Assembly: GCA_963842525.1 (NCBI GenBank) | Contig: CAWJGT010000012.1 | Location: forward strand, 1-64,000 | Direction: 5' to 3' | Length of the DNA stretch: 64,000 nucleotides | DNA from: an uncultured Holophagales bacterium | Lineage (GTDB): Bacteria > Acidobacteriota > Thermoanaerobaculia > Multivoradales > UBA5704 | In this document: piece by piece, positions 24,808 to 34,376 of the stretch | Numbering within the stretch: position 1 is the stretch's first letter | Layout of the letters: the number at the start of each line of letters is the position of its first letter | Translations under genes and position numbers: made by a program | The notes under the pieces: generated by a model | Told to the model about the DNA's origin: nothing | The model's database searches: none | What the model saw: only the letters and a program-made list of their open reading frames with translations

Positions 24808-27365
24808 GCGGCGGCTGGGGTCTCCTCGACCTCCTCCCCGGGCTGTACGTCCTCCTCCTCGGCGCACTGCTGGCCGCGGCCCTGCGCCGGTGGTACGACC
24901 CGGTGCCACGGCACGTCCTGGCCTGTTTCGCGGTGCTCCTGCTGGTGCTCTTCGGTCCCTGTCTGTTCGGCGGGCGCATCCTCCTGCCGCTCTCCAACCT
25001 GATCGTGGCTGCTCCATTCCATCTGGAGGGGCCGGCGCCGGCTGGGAACTGGATGCAGGGGGACCTGGTCCACCAGATCACCCCCTGGCTGGCCGAGGTG
25101 CGGCGCGCGGTCCGGTCCGGGAGCTGGCCGCTGTGGAACCCGAGCGGCGGCGCCGGGATGCCGCTCCTCGGCGATCCGCAGTCGCAGGCCCTGCAGCCGC
25201 TGGTGATGGCGGCCTGGCCCTTCCCGGTGGTGCGGGCGGCGGTGGTCACGGCGTCGCTGCGCGTCCTTCTCGCCCTGGTCTTCACATTCCTCTTCCTGCG
25301 CCGGCAGGAGCTGGGGGAGAAGGCGGCGCTCTGTGGCAGCCTGGCCTACGGCCTCGGAGGGTTCCTGCTGATCTGGCTGGGATGGCCGATCGGCAACTGT
25401 GCGGCGCTGCTGCCGGTGGTCCTCTATGCGGTGGCACGCTGCGACGAGCCGGGAGAGCGGCGCGACTTCCTGTTGCTTTTCCTGGCCGCGGCAGCCCTGC
25501 TGGTCGGCGGGCACCCCGAGACGATGCTGTATGGGCTGGTGGCAGCGGGGCTGCTGGTGGTGGCGCGTGCGTGGGAACGGCGGCGTCAGGTCCTCACCCC
25601 CGGCCCCTCTCCCATCTCCCACCCTCCCCATCCCCGGGAGGGGGGAGAAATCCCGGAAGACGCGTCGCAGCTTTCTCCCCTCTCCCGGCGGGGGCTTGGA
25701 AGGGAGATGGGAGAGGGGCCGGGGGTGAGGATCTTTTTCGTCCGCACCGGCGCCGCCCTCCTCCTGGCCGGCCTCGCCGTAGCGCCGGCCCTCCTGCTCG
25801 CGCGGGAGTACCTGCCGCAGAGCCAGCGCGCGCGGGTCGTCGACCTCTACCTCGGCTCCCGATCGCTCGGCGAGGTCTGGGACGATGCCCGCCGGCCGGA
25901 GAGCCTGGAGCCCTGGCGGCAGCGGAGCGTCGACCGGCTGCTGCCCGTGGCCGCGCCACGGGCCTTCGGCGACTACACCCACTACTGGGGCGGCGTGAAC
26001 TACATCGAGGATGCCGGCGGCTTTGCCGGGACCGCGGCAGCGTTGGCGGCAATGGCGGCGCTGGCGGCTCTTCTGCCCTGGGGCGTGCGCCTGCGGTTCC
26101 GGCAGGAGCGGCTCGCCGCGGGCCTCCTGCTGGCCGGCCTGGCCCTCCAGGCTCAGCCCCCAGGGTTTGCCAATCTTTTCAGCCGGCTGCCGGTGATCGG
26201 CCTCACGGCCACCCATCACCACCACCGCGCGCTCGTCCTGGTGTGCCTGGGCCTGGCCTGGCTCGCGGCCTGCGAGGTGGAGCGCTGGCAGCGCGGCGCG
26301 ACGAGCCGGCGCCGCGTCCTGCTCGCGGCGGGGCTGCTGGCCGCGGTGGTCGTCGGTTCGTATCTCACGCATCCCTCGCCACGGGGGGAGACGCGTTGGG
26401 CCGATTTCTCGGTCCAGGCCGCGGCGCTCGTCCTGGCCGCGGGTCTGCTCCTCCTGCGGCCGGCGCCACGCTGGGCCCCCTGGGCCATGGCCGCCGTGGT
26501 GGCCGGGGAGCTCCTTTGGATGCACCTCCCGTCCAACCCGCCGATGCCGGCGCGGCTGGCCTTTCCCACCCCGCCGCCGGTGGGCTTCCTCCAGGACAAC
26601 GCCGGCTCTTCGCAGACATCGCGGATGTTCGGCCTGGGCAATGCCTTCCTGGCCAACATCCCGGCGATCTATGGCCTGCGGGACGTGCGCATCGACAACC
26701 CGTCCCTGCCCGCGGCCTTCGCCGATCTTGTCGAGCCGGTGAGCCGCAACCCCTTGACGCCGCGCTTCAACCGCCCCGGGCACCCGCTTTACGACCTCCT
26801 CGGCGCCCGCTGGCTCCTGGCGCGGCCCGGCACGCGGCTCCAGTTCCGGCTCGCCTTCCAGCACCCGGCGGGATGGGTCTACGAGCGGCCCCGTGCGCTG
26901 CCGCTGCTCTTCCTGCCGGCGCGGGCGCGCATGCACCGCGGAGGCCCCTGGAAGACCTGGGTCCACCGCAACACCGACTTTGCCGCACGGACGCTGGTCC
27001 TGCCGAGCGCCGAGCACTACCGGCCCTGGCGGTCCCGCCGGCCCGCGGCGTCGAGCGTGACGGTCACCTCCCTGGAGCCGGCGCGGGTGCGCGCCCGCGC
27101 CGCCCTGGTCGAGCCGCGCCTGCTGGCCTCCAGCCTCTACCAGGACGGCAACTGGCAGCTTCTCGTCGACGGCGAGCGGACGCCGACGGTCCTCTCGAAC
27201 GGCCCGCTGCTGGCCGGCTGGCTGCCGGAAGGCTCGCACGACATCGAGCTGCTCTATCGCCCCCGGGCTTTCGTTGCCGGGTGCGTCCTGGCAGCGCTGG
27301 CTTTGGCTGCTGCGGCTCTGTGGTGGGTGCCTCGGCCCCGATTTCCGCTATCCTGCTCTCGATGA
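24804..27365 (+). CDS. YfhO-family membrane glycosyltransferase
   Basis: PLWNP.GGAGMPLLGDPQ, GGHPE, many TMs, C-terminal W...VDG..LPEGSHDIELLYRP; ATGA overlap with the upstream gene. Confidence 0.85.
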   Translation: MSGGWGLLDLLPGLYVLLLGALLAAALRRWYDPVPRHVLACFAVLLLVLFGPCLFGGRILLPLSNLIVAAPFHLEGPAPAGNWMQGDLVHQITPWLAEVRRAVRSGSWPLWNPSGGAGMPLLGDPQSQALQPLVMAAWPFPVVRAAVVTASLRVLLALVFTFLFLRRQELGEKAALCGSLAYGLGGFLLIWLGWPIGNCAALLPVVLYAVARCDEPGERRDFLLLFLAAAALLVGGHPETMLYGLVAAGLLVVARAWERRRQVLTPGPSPISHPPHPREGGEIPEDASQLSPLSRRGLGREMGEGPGVRIFFVRTGAALLLAGLAVAPALLLAREYLPQSQRARVVDLYLGSRSLGEVWDDARRPESLEPWRQRSVDRLLPVAAPRAFGDYTHYWGGVNYIEDAGGFAGTAAALAAMAALAALLPWGVRLRFRQERLAAGLLLAGLALQAQPPGFANLFSRLPVIGLTATHHHHRALVLVCLGLAWLAACEVERWQRGATSRRRVLLAAGLLAAVVVGSYLTHPSPRGETRWADFSVQAAALVLAAGLLLLRPAPRWAPWAMAAVVAGELLWMHLPSNPPMPARLAFPTPPPVGFLQDNAGSSQTSRMFGLGNAFLANIPAIYGLRDVRIDNPSLPAAFADLVEPVSRNPLTPRFNRPGHPLYDLLGARWLLARPGTRLQFRLAFQHPAGWVYERPRALPLLFLPARARMHRGGPWKTWVHRNTDFAARTLVLPSAEHYRPWRSRRPAASSVTVTSLEPARVRARAALVEPRLLASSLYQDGNWQLLVDGERTPTVLSNGPLLAGWLPEGSHDIELLYRPRAFVAGCVLAALALAAAALWWVPRPRFPLSCSR
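25591..25731. repeat. 141-bp palindromic REP doublet inserted in frame in the YfhO-family gene
   Basis: Perfect 30-bp terminal IR TCCTCACCCCCGGCCCCTCTCCCATCTCCC; length is a multiple of 3. Confidence 0.85.
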
Positions 27366-28199
27366 CGGTCGCGCTCTCGATCCCGGGTCCGGCGGAGGTC
27401 CTGTCCGAAGCGGAACGCTCTTTGCAAATCGCAGGGGTGTGTCGTTCTGTGCCAGATCGTCCGCGCCGAGGGCTCGACCCCCGGCAAACCTGGATGGAAG
27501 CTTCTGGCACGGCCCGACGGATCGGCGTTCGGCAATCTGGGCGGTGGGGCCTTCGAAGCGTTGGTGAAGGCCGATGCGCTGGCGAAGCTGGGGGAGGACG
27601 GCGCCGTCTCCGAGGTGAAGAGGTACTACTTCACCGAGGACGCGGTGAAAGGGGAGCCCACAGGGATGGTCTGCGGCGGCATGGCCGAGGTCTTCCTGGA
27701 GGTGCTCGTGGCGGCGCCTGTGCTGGTCATCTGTGGTGCGGGGCCGGTGGGACAGGCGTTGGCCCGCGCCGCGGACCTGGCCGGCTTCGAGCTCGTGGTG
27801 GCGGACGACCGCCCGGAGCTCCGCCGGCCGGAGTTGTTCCCTCCGGGGACCCGGCTCGCCAACGTGGGGCGGGGCTACGAGGAGCCGTTCCTCGAATCCC
27901 TGGCCCGGCGCGATGTCTACGTTGCCGTGGTATCGCGCTGCTGGGAGACCGACAGCGCGGCGCTCGCGTCGATCCTGCGTCAGGATCCCCCCCGGCTCCG
28001 CTACCTGGGGCTGATGGGCAGCCGGCGCAAGATCGCGCGGGTGCGCGACGAGGTGGCGGCGCAGGGGGAGGACCCGGACCGGCACCGCCTGCATGCGCCG
28101 ATCGGATTGCCGGTCGGCGGCGACAGCCCGGGAGAGATCGCGATTTCGATTGTGGCGGAGATGCTCGAGACTCGATATGAACGAGGGAAGAAGTCCTAG
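27362..28199 (+). CDS. XdhC/CoxI-family molybdoenzyme maturation factor (frameshift near 27418)
   Basis: IVRAEGSTPGKPG, GNLGGG..E, GMVCGG, GAGPVG, YLGLMGSRRK, HAPIGL..GG.SPGEIAISI. Confidence 0.85.
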
Positions 28200-28200
28200 G

Positions 28201-29997
28201 ATGCTCAGGAAAACTGCTTTTCGCGCTCACCCTCCTCGCGGCCCTGGCCCTGCCGGCCGCCGCCGCTCCCTGCCGGCGAATGGCAGACCCTCCCGCTCTG
28301 GGGTGGTGACGTCCGTTCGCTCGCCTTCCATCCGGAGAACCCCGACGTGGTGTTCGCCGGTACCTCGTCCGGCCAGCTCTATCTGTCGCGCGACGGCGGC
28401 GGGACCTGGGGCAATCCCGGCGCGCCGCTGCCGTTCCCGGGCTGGGTGGTGAGCGCCCTGCGCTTCGACCCGAACCGGCCGTCCCGCCTCTGGGTGGGCC
28501 TGTGGGGGATCTGGGGAAGCGGCCATGTGGCGTTTTCCGACGACCTGGGCAAGACCTGGGCGGCGCGGGCCGGCGGCCTGCCGGACGAGCCGATCTACAC
28601 CCTGGCCCTCGTGCCTGGCCGCGAAGGGCGGCTCTACGCCGGCACCCTGTCGGGCGTCTGGGCGACCGAGGACGGCGGCCTGTCCTGGAGCCGTCTGACC
28701 GCCAGCATCCCCGACGCCCAGAAGGTGACCAGCCTGCTGGTCGATGCCGCGCAGCCGGACACCGTGATCGCCGGCACCTGGCGCCGCGCCTACCGCAGCG
28801 ACGACGGCGGGCACACCTGGGCCGGCATCTTCGAAGGCATGGTCCTCGACTCCGAGGTCTTCAGCCTGACCCCGGTCCCCAGCCGGCCGGGCGAGATCTG
28901 GGCGACGCACCTGCGGCTGGGTCTACCGCACGCTCGACCGCGGCGCCACCTGGGAGCGCTTCAAGGAGGGCTTCGCCGAGCGCCGCACGCCGAGCTTCGC
29001 CGCGCTGCCGGACGGGCGCTTCCTCGCCGGCACGGTCGGCGGCCTCCACGCCTCCGCCGACGGCAAGACGTGGAAGCCGGCCGGCGATCCCGCGCTGGCC
29101 ATCAACATCATCGCGTTCCATCCGCAGCGCCCCGAGCGGGTCCTCCTCGGCACCGAGGGCTCCGGGGTCTGGCTCTCCAGCGACGGCGCTGCGACCTTCC
29201 ATCCGTCGAGCGAGGGGATGAGCAACCTGCGGGTCTCCTCGCTGGCGATGATGGGCAACGACCTCTTCGCGGGCATCGTCCACGCCGGGCCGCGCTCGGG
29301 CGTCCACCTCTCGCGCGACCGCGGCGCCACCTTCGGAGACTTCACGGTCCTCCCCAACGTGCTCGACTTCGGCGTCCATCTCGGCCGCCTCTACGCGGCC
29401 ACCGAGCGCGGGCTCTACGAGCGTCGCGGCACCGGCTGGTTCCCCTTCAAGGAGTTGGGCGAGACCCGGGTCGAGCAGGTCGTGGCGGACGGCGAGAGCC
29501 TGACCGTGCGCACCCCGTCGGGGCTCTGGGACCTCGCGGGCGCGCGCTTCGTCCAGCGCCCCTACAAACACGGCGCGCCGCGCTCGGCCGCCTTCTTCGC
29601 CGGCGCCCTCTGGGTCACCGACGCCCAGGGCGTCTACCGTCTCAGCGCGCAGGCCAACGACACCATCGCGGCGCCGTTCGCGGGCGGCCGCCTGGGCCGC
29701 CTGCCGGACCAGCTCCTGCTCTGGGGACCCGGAGGCGCCTTCGTCCGCGCGGCCACCGATGCCTCATGGACCGAGCTGACCGGCGCGGCCTCGCGCGTGA
29801 TCCCCACCGGCAGCGCCCGCTGGTCCGCCCTGATGGTGAGCGGCGGCACGGTGCGGATCTACGATCGCGAGAGCAGCAAGTTCCAGGTCCTGGACGTCCC
29901 CGTCCCGGCGCGCGACATCTCCGCCGCCCTGGTGGTGGACGGCCGGCTGCTGCTCGGCACCTCGGGCTACGGGATCCTGGTGAAGATGCTGGAGTGA
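28201..29997 (+). CDS. Secreted BNR/Asp-box beta-propeller protein (frameshifts near 28213, 28270 and 28908)
   Basis: Signal peptide; repeated S.DGG.TW Asp-boxes spread across the joined frames. Confidence 0.8.
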
Positions 29998-30149
29998 GCG
30001 GGGTGGGACGGCTTTGTCCCGCTCCGCCCCGTCGCTGCACCTGTTAAATATAGATGCTTCGCTATTTGGCAACGAAGTATCTGTCGAGCTCGACCCCCAG
30101 GCCTGGACTCCTGCCAAGCCGCTGCTCCGCGGAGCAGAAAGGAGATGGT

Positions 30150-31025
30150 ATGGACAGAGCTCTTCGTCAGGTCCCCGCCGGGGTCTTCGCTCTCCTGGTC
30201 TTCCTCTTCCTCCCAGCGGGCGTTCTGGCCCAGTTGCCGACGCCGGCGGCCTTCGTGAGGTACCTCGACGTCCGGTGCTACAAGATCGCTGACGAGCCGC
30301 CGCTCGACGTCCTTCTGCACCTTGACCACCTCAATCCGGTCTTTTTGCAGTATGGGGCGCCGCCCGAAGACGTGAAGCTCCAGGAGCCTCAGGACCTCTG
30401 CGTGCCGGTCCAGAAAGAGAACCTGGTGCCGCCTCCGAACGTGAGGAATTTCCTCCAGTACCTGGACTGGAAGTGCTACCGCATCGAGGGCCCGTCCCTC
30501 GACCTGCCGATCCACCTGGATCAGCTCAACCCGGTCATCCAGGGGCTCTACGGCCCGGTCGACGTCATCGTCCGCGAGCCGCAGCAGCTCTGCGTGCCGG
30601 TGGCCAAGAACGACCACATCCCGCCGCCCGCCGTGCTGAACCTGATCCAGTGGCTCGACGTCAAGTGCTACCGCGTCGACGCGCCGCAGATCCCGCCCAG
30701 GCCGATCCTGTTGACCCATTTGAACCCGCTCTTCGCCGGCACCCCGGCGGAGCAGACCTGGATCGACGGACCGGCACCGGTCCAACTGTGCGTCCCGGTG
30801 GCCAAGAACGGCGCGTTTCCCCCGCCCGGGGTCGGCCAGATCGTCCGGTTCTCCGACGTCCTTTGCTACAACTCGGTCGGCCTTCCGCTCGACAAGGAGC
30901 TCAAGCTGGACCACCTCAACCCGGTGCTGCGCAACATGGGCCTGCCGCCGGAAACCGTGAAGGTGACGGACAGCCACAAGCTTTGCGTCCCGGTGGCCAA
31001 GAACGGCCAGTTCCCGCCCGGCTGA
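30150..31025 (+). CDS. Secreted protein with four tandem Cys-containing repeats of about 63 aa
   Basis: RBS AGGAG; signal peptide; 4 x DxxCY...L.(H/Q)LNP...LCVPV.K. Confidence 0.8.
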   Translation: MDRALRQVPAGVFALLVFLFLPAGVLAQLPTPAAFVRYLDVRCYKIADEPPLDVLLHLDHLNPVFLQYGAPPEDVKLQEPQDLCVPVQKENLVPPPNVRNFLQYLDWKCYRIEGPSLDLPIHLDQLNPVIQGLYGPVDVIVREPQQLCVPVAKNDHIPPPAVLNLIQWLDVKCYRVDAPQIPPRPILLTHLNPLFAGTPAEQTWIDGPAPVQLCVPVAKNGAFPPPGVGQIVRFSDVLCYNSVGLPLDKELKLDHLNPVLRNMGLPPETVKVTDSHKLCVPVAKNGQFPPG

Positions 31026-31179
31026 CCCCCGCCCGCAAGGAGATGCCGCAGCCCAGCGGCATCTCCTCCCTCCTTCGCCGCCGGCTCATCGTCCGCGTTG
31101 ACTCTCTCCGGACGGAGCGGTAAGGTTTTTCCGATACCGTCTGGACAGCCGTGGCGTGGCGCTCGGCAAGGAGGATCTG

Positions 31180-31713
31180 ATGCGGCGGGTTCGCTATTCG
31201 GTGGCCATGAGCCTTGACGGGTACATCGCAGGCCCGAACGGCGAGGCCGACTGGATTCTCATGGATCCGGACATCGACTTCGACGCTCTCTTCAAGGAGT
31301 TCGACACCATCCTGATGGGCCGCAAGACCTATGACTTCACGCGTCAGCAGGGTGGTGGTGGCGGCGGAATGCCCGGCATCCAGGTCTACGTCGCCTCGCG
31401 CACGCTGCGCCAGGACGATTGTCCCGGCGTGACCGTGACCGCCGGCCCCAAGGAGACGCTGGCCGCACTGAAGAAGGCCCCCGGCAAGGACATCTGGCTG
31501 TTCGGCGGCGGCTCCCTCTTCCGCAGCCTCCTCGACCTCGGGCTGGTGGATTCGGTCGAGGTCGCCGTGATCCCGGTGCTCCTCGGGGACGGGGTGCCGC
31601 TGCTGCCTCATCCGGCACAGTCGGCCAAGCTCAAGCTCACCAAGCACCGCGTCTACGAGAAGACGGGCACCGTATCGCTGGAGTACGCGATCCTCTCGAG
31701 GAAAAAAAGATGA
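31180..31713 (+). CDS. Dihydrofolate reductase / RibD C-terminal family protein
   Basis: AMSLDGYIAG, LMGRKTY, DIWLFGGG, PVLLG.G.PL. Confidence 0.9.
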   Translation: MRRVRYSVAMSLDGYIAGPNGEADWILMDPDIDFDALFKEFDTILMGRKTYDFTRQQGGGGGGMPGIQVYVASRTLRQDDCPGVTVTAGPKETLAALKKAPGKDIWLFGGGSLFRSLLDLGLVDSVEVAVIPVLLGDGVPLLPHPAQSAKLKLTKHRVYEKTGTVSLEYAILSRKKR

Positions 31714-32015
31714 TTCCCAGGCTTTGCAGGATGGGCCTCGCCGTGCTGCTGCTGGCCTCCCTGGCTTGCGTCTCGCTGTCCCTCGCGGGAGAGGGGGTCC
31801 GCATGACCAAGCACGAATCCGATGTCGAGGGTTGCCGGTTCCTCGGCGAGGTCGAAGCGCATCCGCCCTATCTGGGGCCCCACGATGCCGCGTACACCTT
31901 GCGCAACGAGGCGGCCAAGCTCGGAGGCGACGTCGTCGTCAGCAGCGACTGGGCCGGCACGATCAAAGGCAAGGTGTATGACTGTGGGGGCAAGTACTCC
32001 GGGGCTCCAGGCTGA
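31710..32015 (+). CDS. Small lipoprotein, DUF4156-like
   Basis: SLAC lipobox; C.FLGEV, LRNEAAKLGGD, G.VYDC. Confidence 0.7.
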   Translation: MIPRLCRMGLAVLLLASLACVSLSLAGEGVRMTKHESDVEGCRFLGEVEAHPPYLGPHDAAYTLRNEAAKLGGDVVVSSDWAGTIKGKVYDCGGKYSGAPG

Positions 32016-32030
32016 GGAAGGTCTCACGCG

Positions 32031-32300
32031 ATGCCTGAGCCGGTGAGTCTGCTCATGATCGAATTCCTTGTCTGGATCTCGAGTCACCGGCGGAGCTATG
32101 CCGAGGCGATGGAGGCCTGGCGGAGCACGTGCCCGCGTCATACCGTGTGGGAAGATGCTCTCGCAGAGGGTCTGATCCAGGTCGAGAGCGGAGGTACGCT
32201 ACGCCAAGCAGAAGTCATCCTGACGCCGCGAGGCAGAGCGGTGCTCGACGAGAAGAACCAGGCTAGTGAAGGTCTTGGTGCACGCCACTTGAGCCCGTGA
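32031..32300 (+). CDS. Small conserved hypothetical protein (possible wHTH)
   Basis: SYAEAMEAWRSTCPR.TVWEDAL, LTPRGRA; GAGG upstream. Confidence 0.7.
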   Translation: MPEPVSLLMIEFLVWISSHRRSYAEAMEAWRSTCPRHTVWEDALAEGLIQVESGGTLRQAEVILTPRGRAVLDEKNQASEGLGARHLSP

Positions 32301-32447
32301 GGAAAAGGGTCCCCAGAGACGGCGTATAGAGCCAGTCCTGCCATCAAGCCATCTCTGGGGAATCGAAGGTTAGTTTAGGCGGTCCAGATTACGAACAACA
32401 TTACGGCCGGTCCGGACGAAACACTGGATGACGGGGCCAGACGCAAC

Positions 32448-33601
32448 TCAGGGCAGAGGCTGTCCGGGAACCAGCCGGAGGAGGAAGTCTTCGCAAGGCA
32501 GGCATCGAATGCCGTCGATGTCGAGAGCCTCCTGGCCGCGGTAGAGGAGACGGAGCTTCCGCTTCGGGGTAGTCCTCGCGAAACGCCCGTAACCCGCGAA
32601 GGTCCGCCGGGCGGATCTCTCCGGTGTGCTTGACCTCCACGGCCCAGAAACCGTCCCGGCCATACACCACGAAGTCGACCTCGCTACCCGCTTTCGTCCT
32701 CCAGAAGCTCAACGAGAAGTCGCTGCCCGTGTAGTCGATCCAGGCGCGCAGGTGCTGGGCGATCAGCCCCTCCAGGGCAGCGCCGGCGATCTCCTCGGGC
32801 CGGTCGAGAGGGCCTGCGGGCCGGGTGGCAACGAAGACACCGGCGTCGAACCAGTAGAACTTGGGGTGGGAGACCAGGTGGCGTTGCGCCCGCTTGGTGA
32901 AGACCGGGACCTGGAACGAGAGAAGGAGGTCTTGGAGGATCCCGAGGTAACCTTCCACCGTCTTGCGGCTGACCTGGCATTCGCGCGCCACGGCGGCAAG
33001 ATTGAGCACCGCCGCCTGCGAGAAGCTGACCGCTTCGAGGAACCGGGCAAACTGGCCGACCTGCCGCACCAGCCCCTCCATCTGGACCTCTTCCCGGAGG
33101 TAGAGGCCCGTGTAGGCCTTGAGAGCTTCGCCAGGCTGGTCTGAGTCCCAGATCAGCGGCACGAGCCCCTGCGAGAGAGCCCTGTCCAGGTTGAACCGGG
33201 GTCCGAGCCTCCGCGGCCATGAAAGGGTGGAGGAACCGCAGGAGCGCCCGTCCGGCCAGGAGGTCGACCCCCTCGCGCTTGAGCTTGCGCGCGCTGGAGC
33301 CGGTCAGCACGAAGCGCGGTCCGGCGCGCCGCTCGATCAGGTCGTGGACGACATCGAGCAGAACAGGGGCCTTCTGGACCTCGTCGATGACGACAACCAG
33401 CTTGTCCGGGTTCCCGGCAACCACCTCCCGTAGCCTCTCCGGCCGGGCGAGGTACAGGCGATGAACCTCCGGTGCCAGCAGGTCGATCCAAAAGGCATCC
33501 GGATACGTCTCCCGCAGCCACGTCGATTTGCCCGTGCCGCGCGGCCCGAACAAGAAATAGTGTATCCCGGGGTCCTGGAGAAATCGCCCTACTGTCGCCA
33601 T
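32448..33601 (-). CDS. AAA_14 / DUF4143 ATP-binding protein (frameshifts near 33210 and 32560)
   Basis: GPRGTGKST, IDEVQK, LTGSSARKL, LAGRA, KFYWFDAG, EVDFV, AVEVK across three frames. Confidence 0.85.
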
Positions 33602-33695
33602 ATCTGCTTCCTTTTCGGCGAGAGTATAGCCGAATCTCCATCTGGGCGACAGGGCAGCGCGCGGTCGTGGGCGCGGCGATGCAGCCTTTTCCCTG

Positions 33696-33986
33696 TCAGC
33701 GGACCGTTTTCAGATCGCTGACCGTTTCGCGCGGCACAGGGGTCGTGTCGCGCACCGTGAGGCCAGCTTGGACGATCTGCGCCTCGAGAAGCTCCATCTC
33801 GCGGTGGCGCTTTTTTTCGAGAGTGCGGTCCGGGAGCGCCCCAACAAGACCAATTGTTACAAGCGGTTCAATGAGTAACGTAACAAATCCCCATAGGAGG
33901 GCCGAGTGGCCTATTTTACGAGATCGGTGGGCGACGAAGAAAATGAAGATGAAAAGCCAAAAGACTGCCGTACAGAATTGCTCCAT
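33696..33986 (-). CDS. Small membrane protein (2 TM), last gene of the TIR-FHA-kinase operon
   Basis: RBS GGAGG; two hydrophobic segments and a charged tail. Confidence 0.7.
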   Translation of the reverse strand: MEQFCTAVFWLFIFIFFVAHRSRKIGHSALLWGFVTLLIEPLVTIGLVGALPDRTLEKKRHREMELLEAQIVQAGLTVRDTTPVPRETVSDLKTVR

Positions 33987-34001
33987 CGATAGCCTCCTGC
34001 T

Positions 34002-34376
34002 TCACACAGGCAGCAGCGCCTTGGCCGCTACCATATATTCATGCAGCCTCGCTGCGAAAAGTGTGTTTTCCTTGCTGCCGCGCAGCTTGAAGGCCACTGT
34101 AGTCCGATGCCTACCTGAATCCTCGAAGACCACCTGGTGGTTGCGGCGTAAGATCTTCCCGGGTGGTCGGTAGCGGATGATTCGTGAATAGGGGATTGTC
34201 CGATACGTCTGCTCGGAGATGATTCGGTGATAGAAACGCAGAGCGAATGGGATGAGGAACTTCGGGAACTCCCCTTCGAGAATCAGCGCGGCATCCTGAA
34301 GATGGATTTTCCCTTTTCCATGGAACTGCAGGTTGCGTACTAAGGAGACCGCCTTGAATTTAGCGTCGAACCTCAT
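34002..34376 (-). CDS. Basic hypothetical protein (possibly PH-like fold)
   Basis: ATGA overlap with the kinase stop; beta-rich with a C-terminal helix. Confidence 0.7.
   Translation of the reverse strand: MRFDAKFKAVSLVRNLQFHGKGKIHLQDAALILEGEFPKFLIPFALRFYHRIISEQTYRTIPYSRIIRYRPPGKILRRNHQVVFEDSGRHRTTVAFKLRGSKENTLFAARLHEYMVAAKALLPV

Noticed and set aside
27362-28199. XdhC-like gene as evidence of selenium use supporting the Sec call
   Set aside because: XdhC proteins are general molybdoenzyme chaperones; no sel genes or tRNA-Sec were seen in the window.
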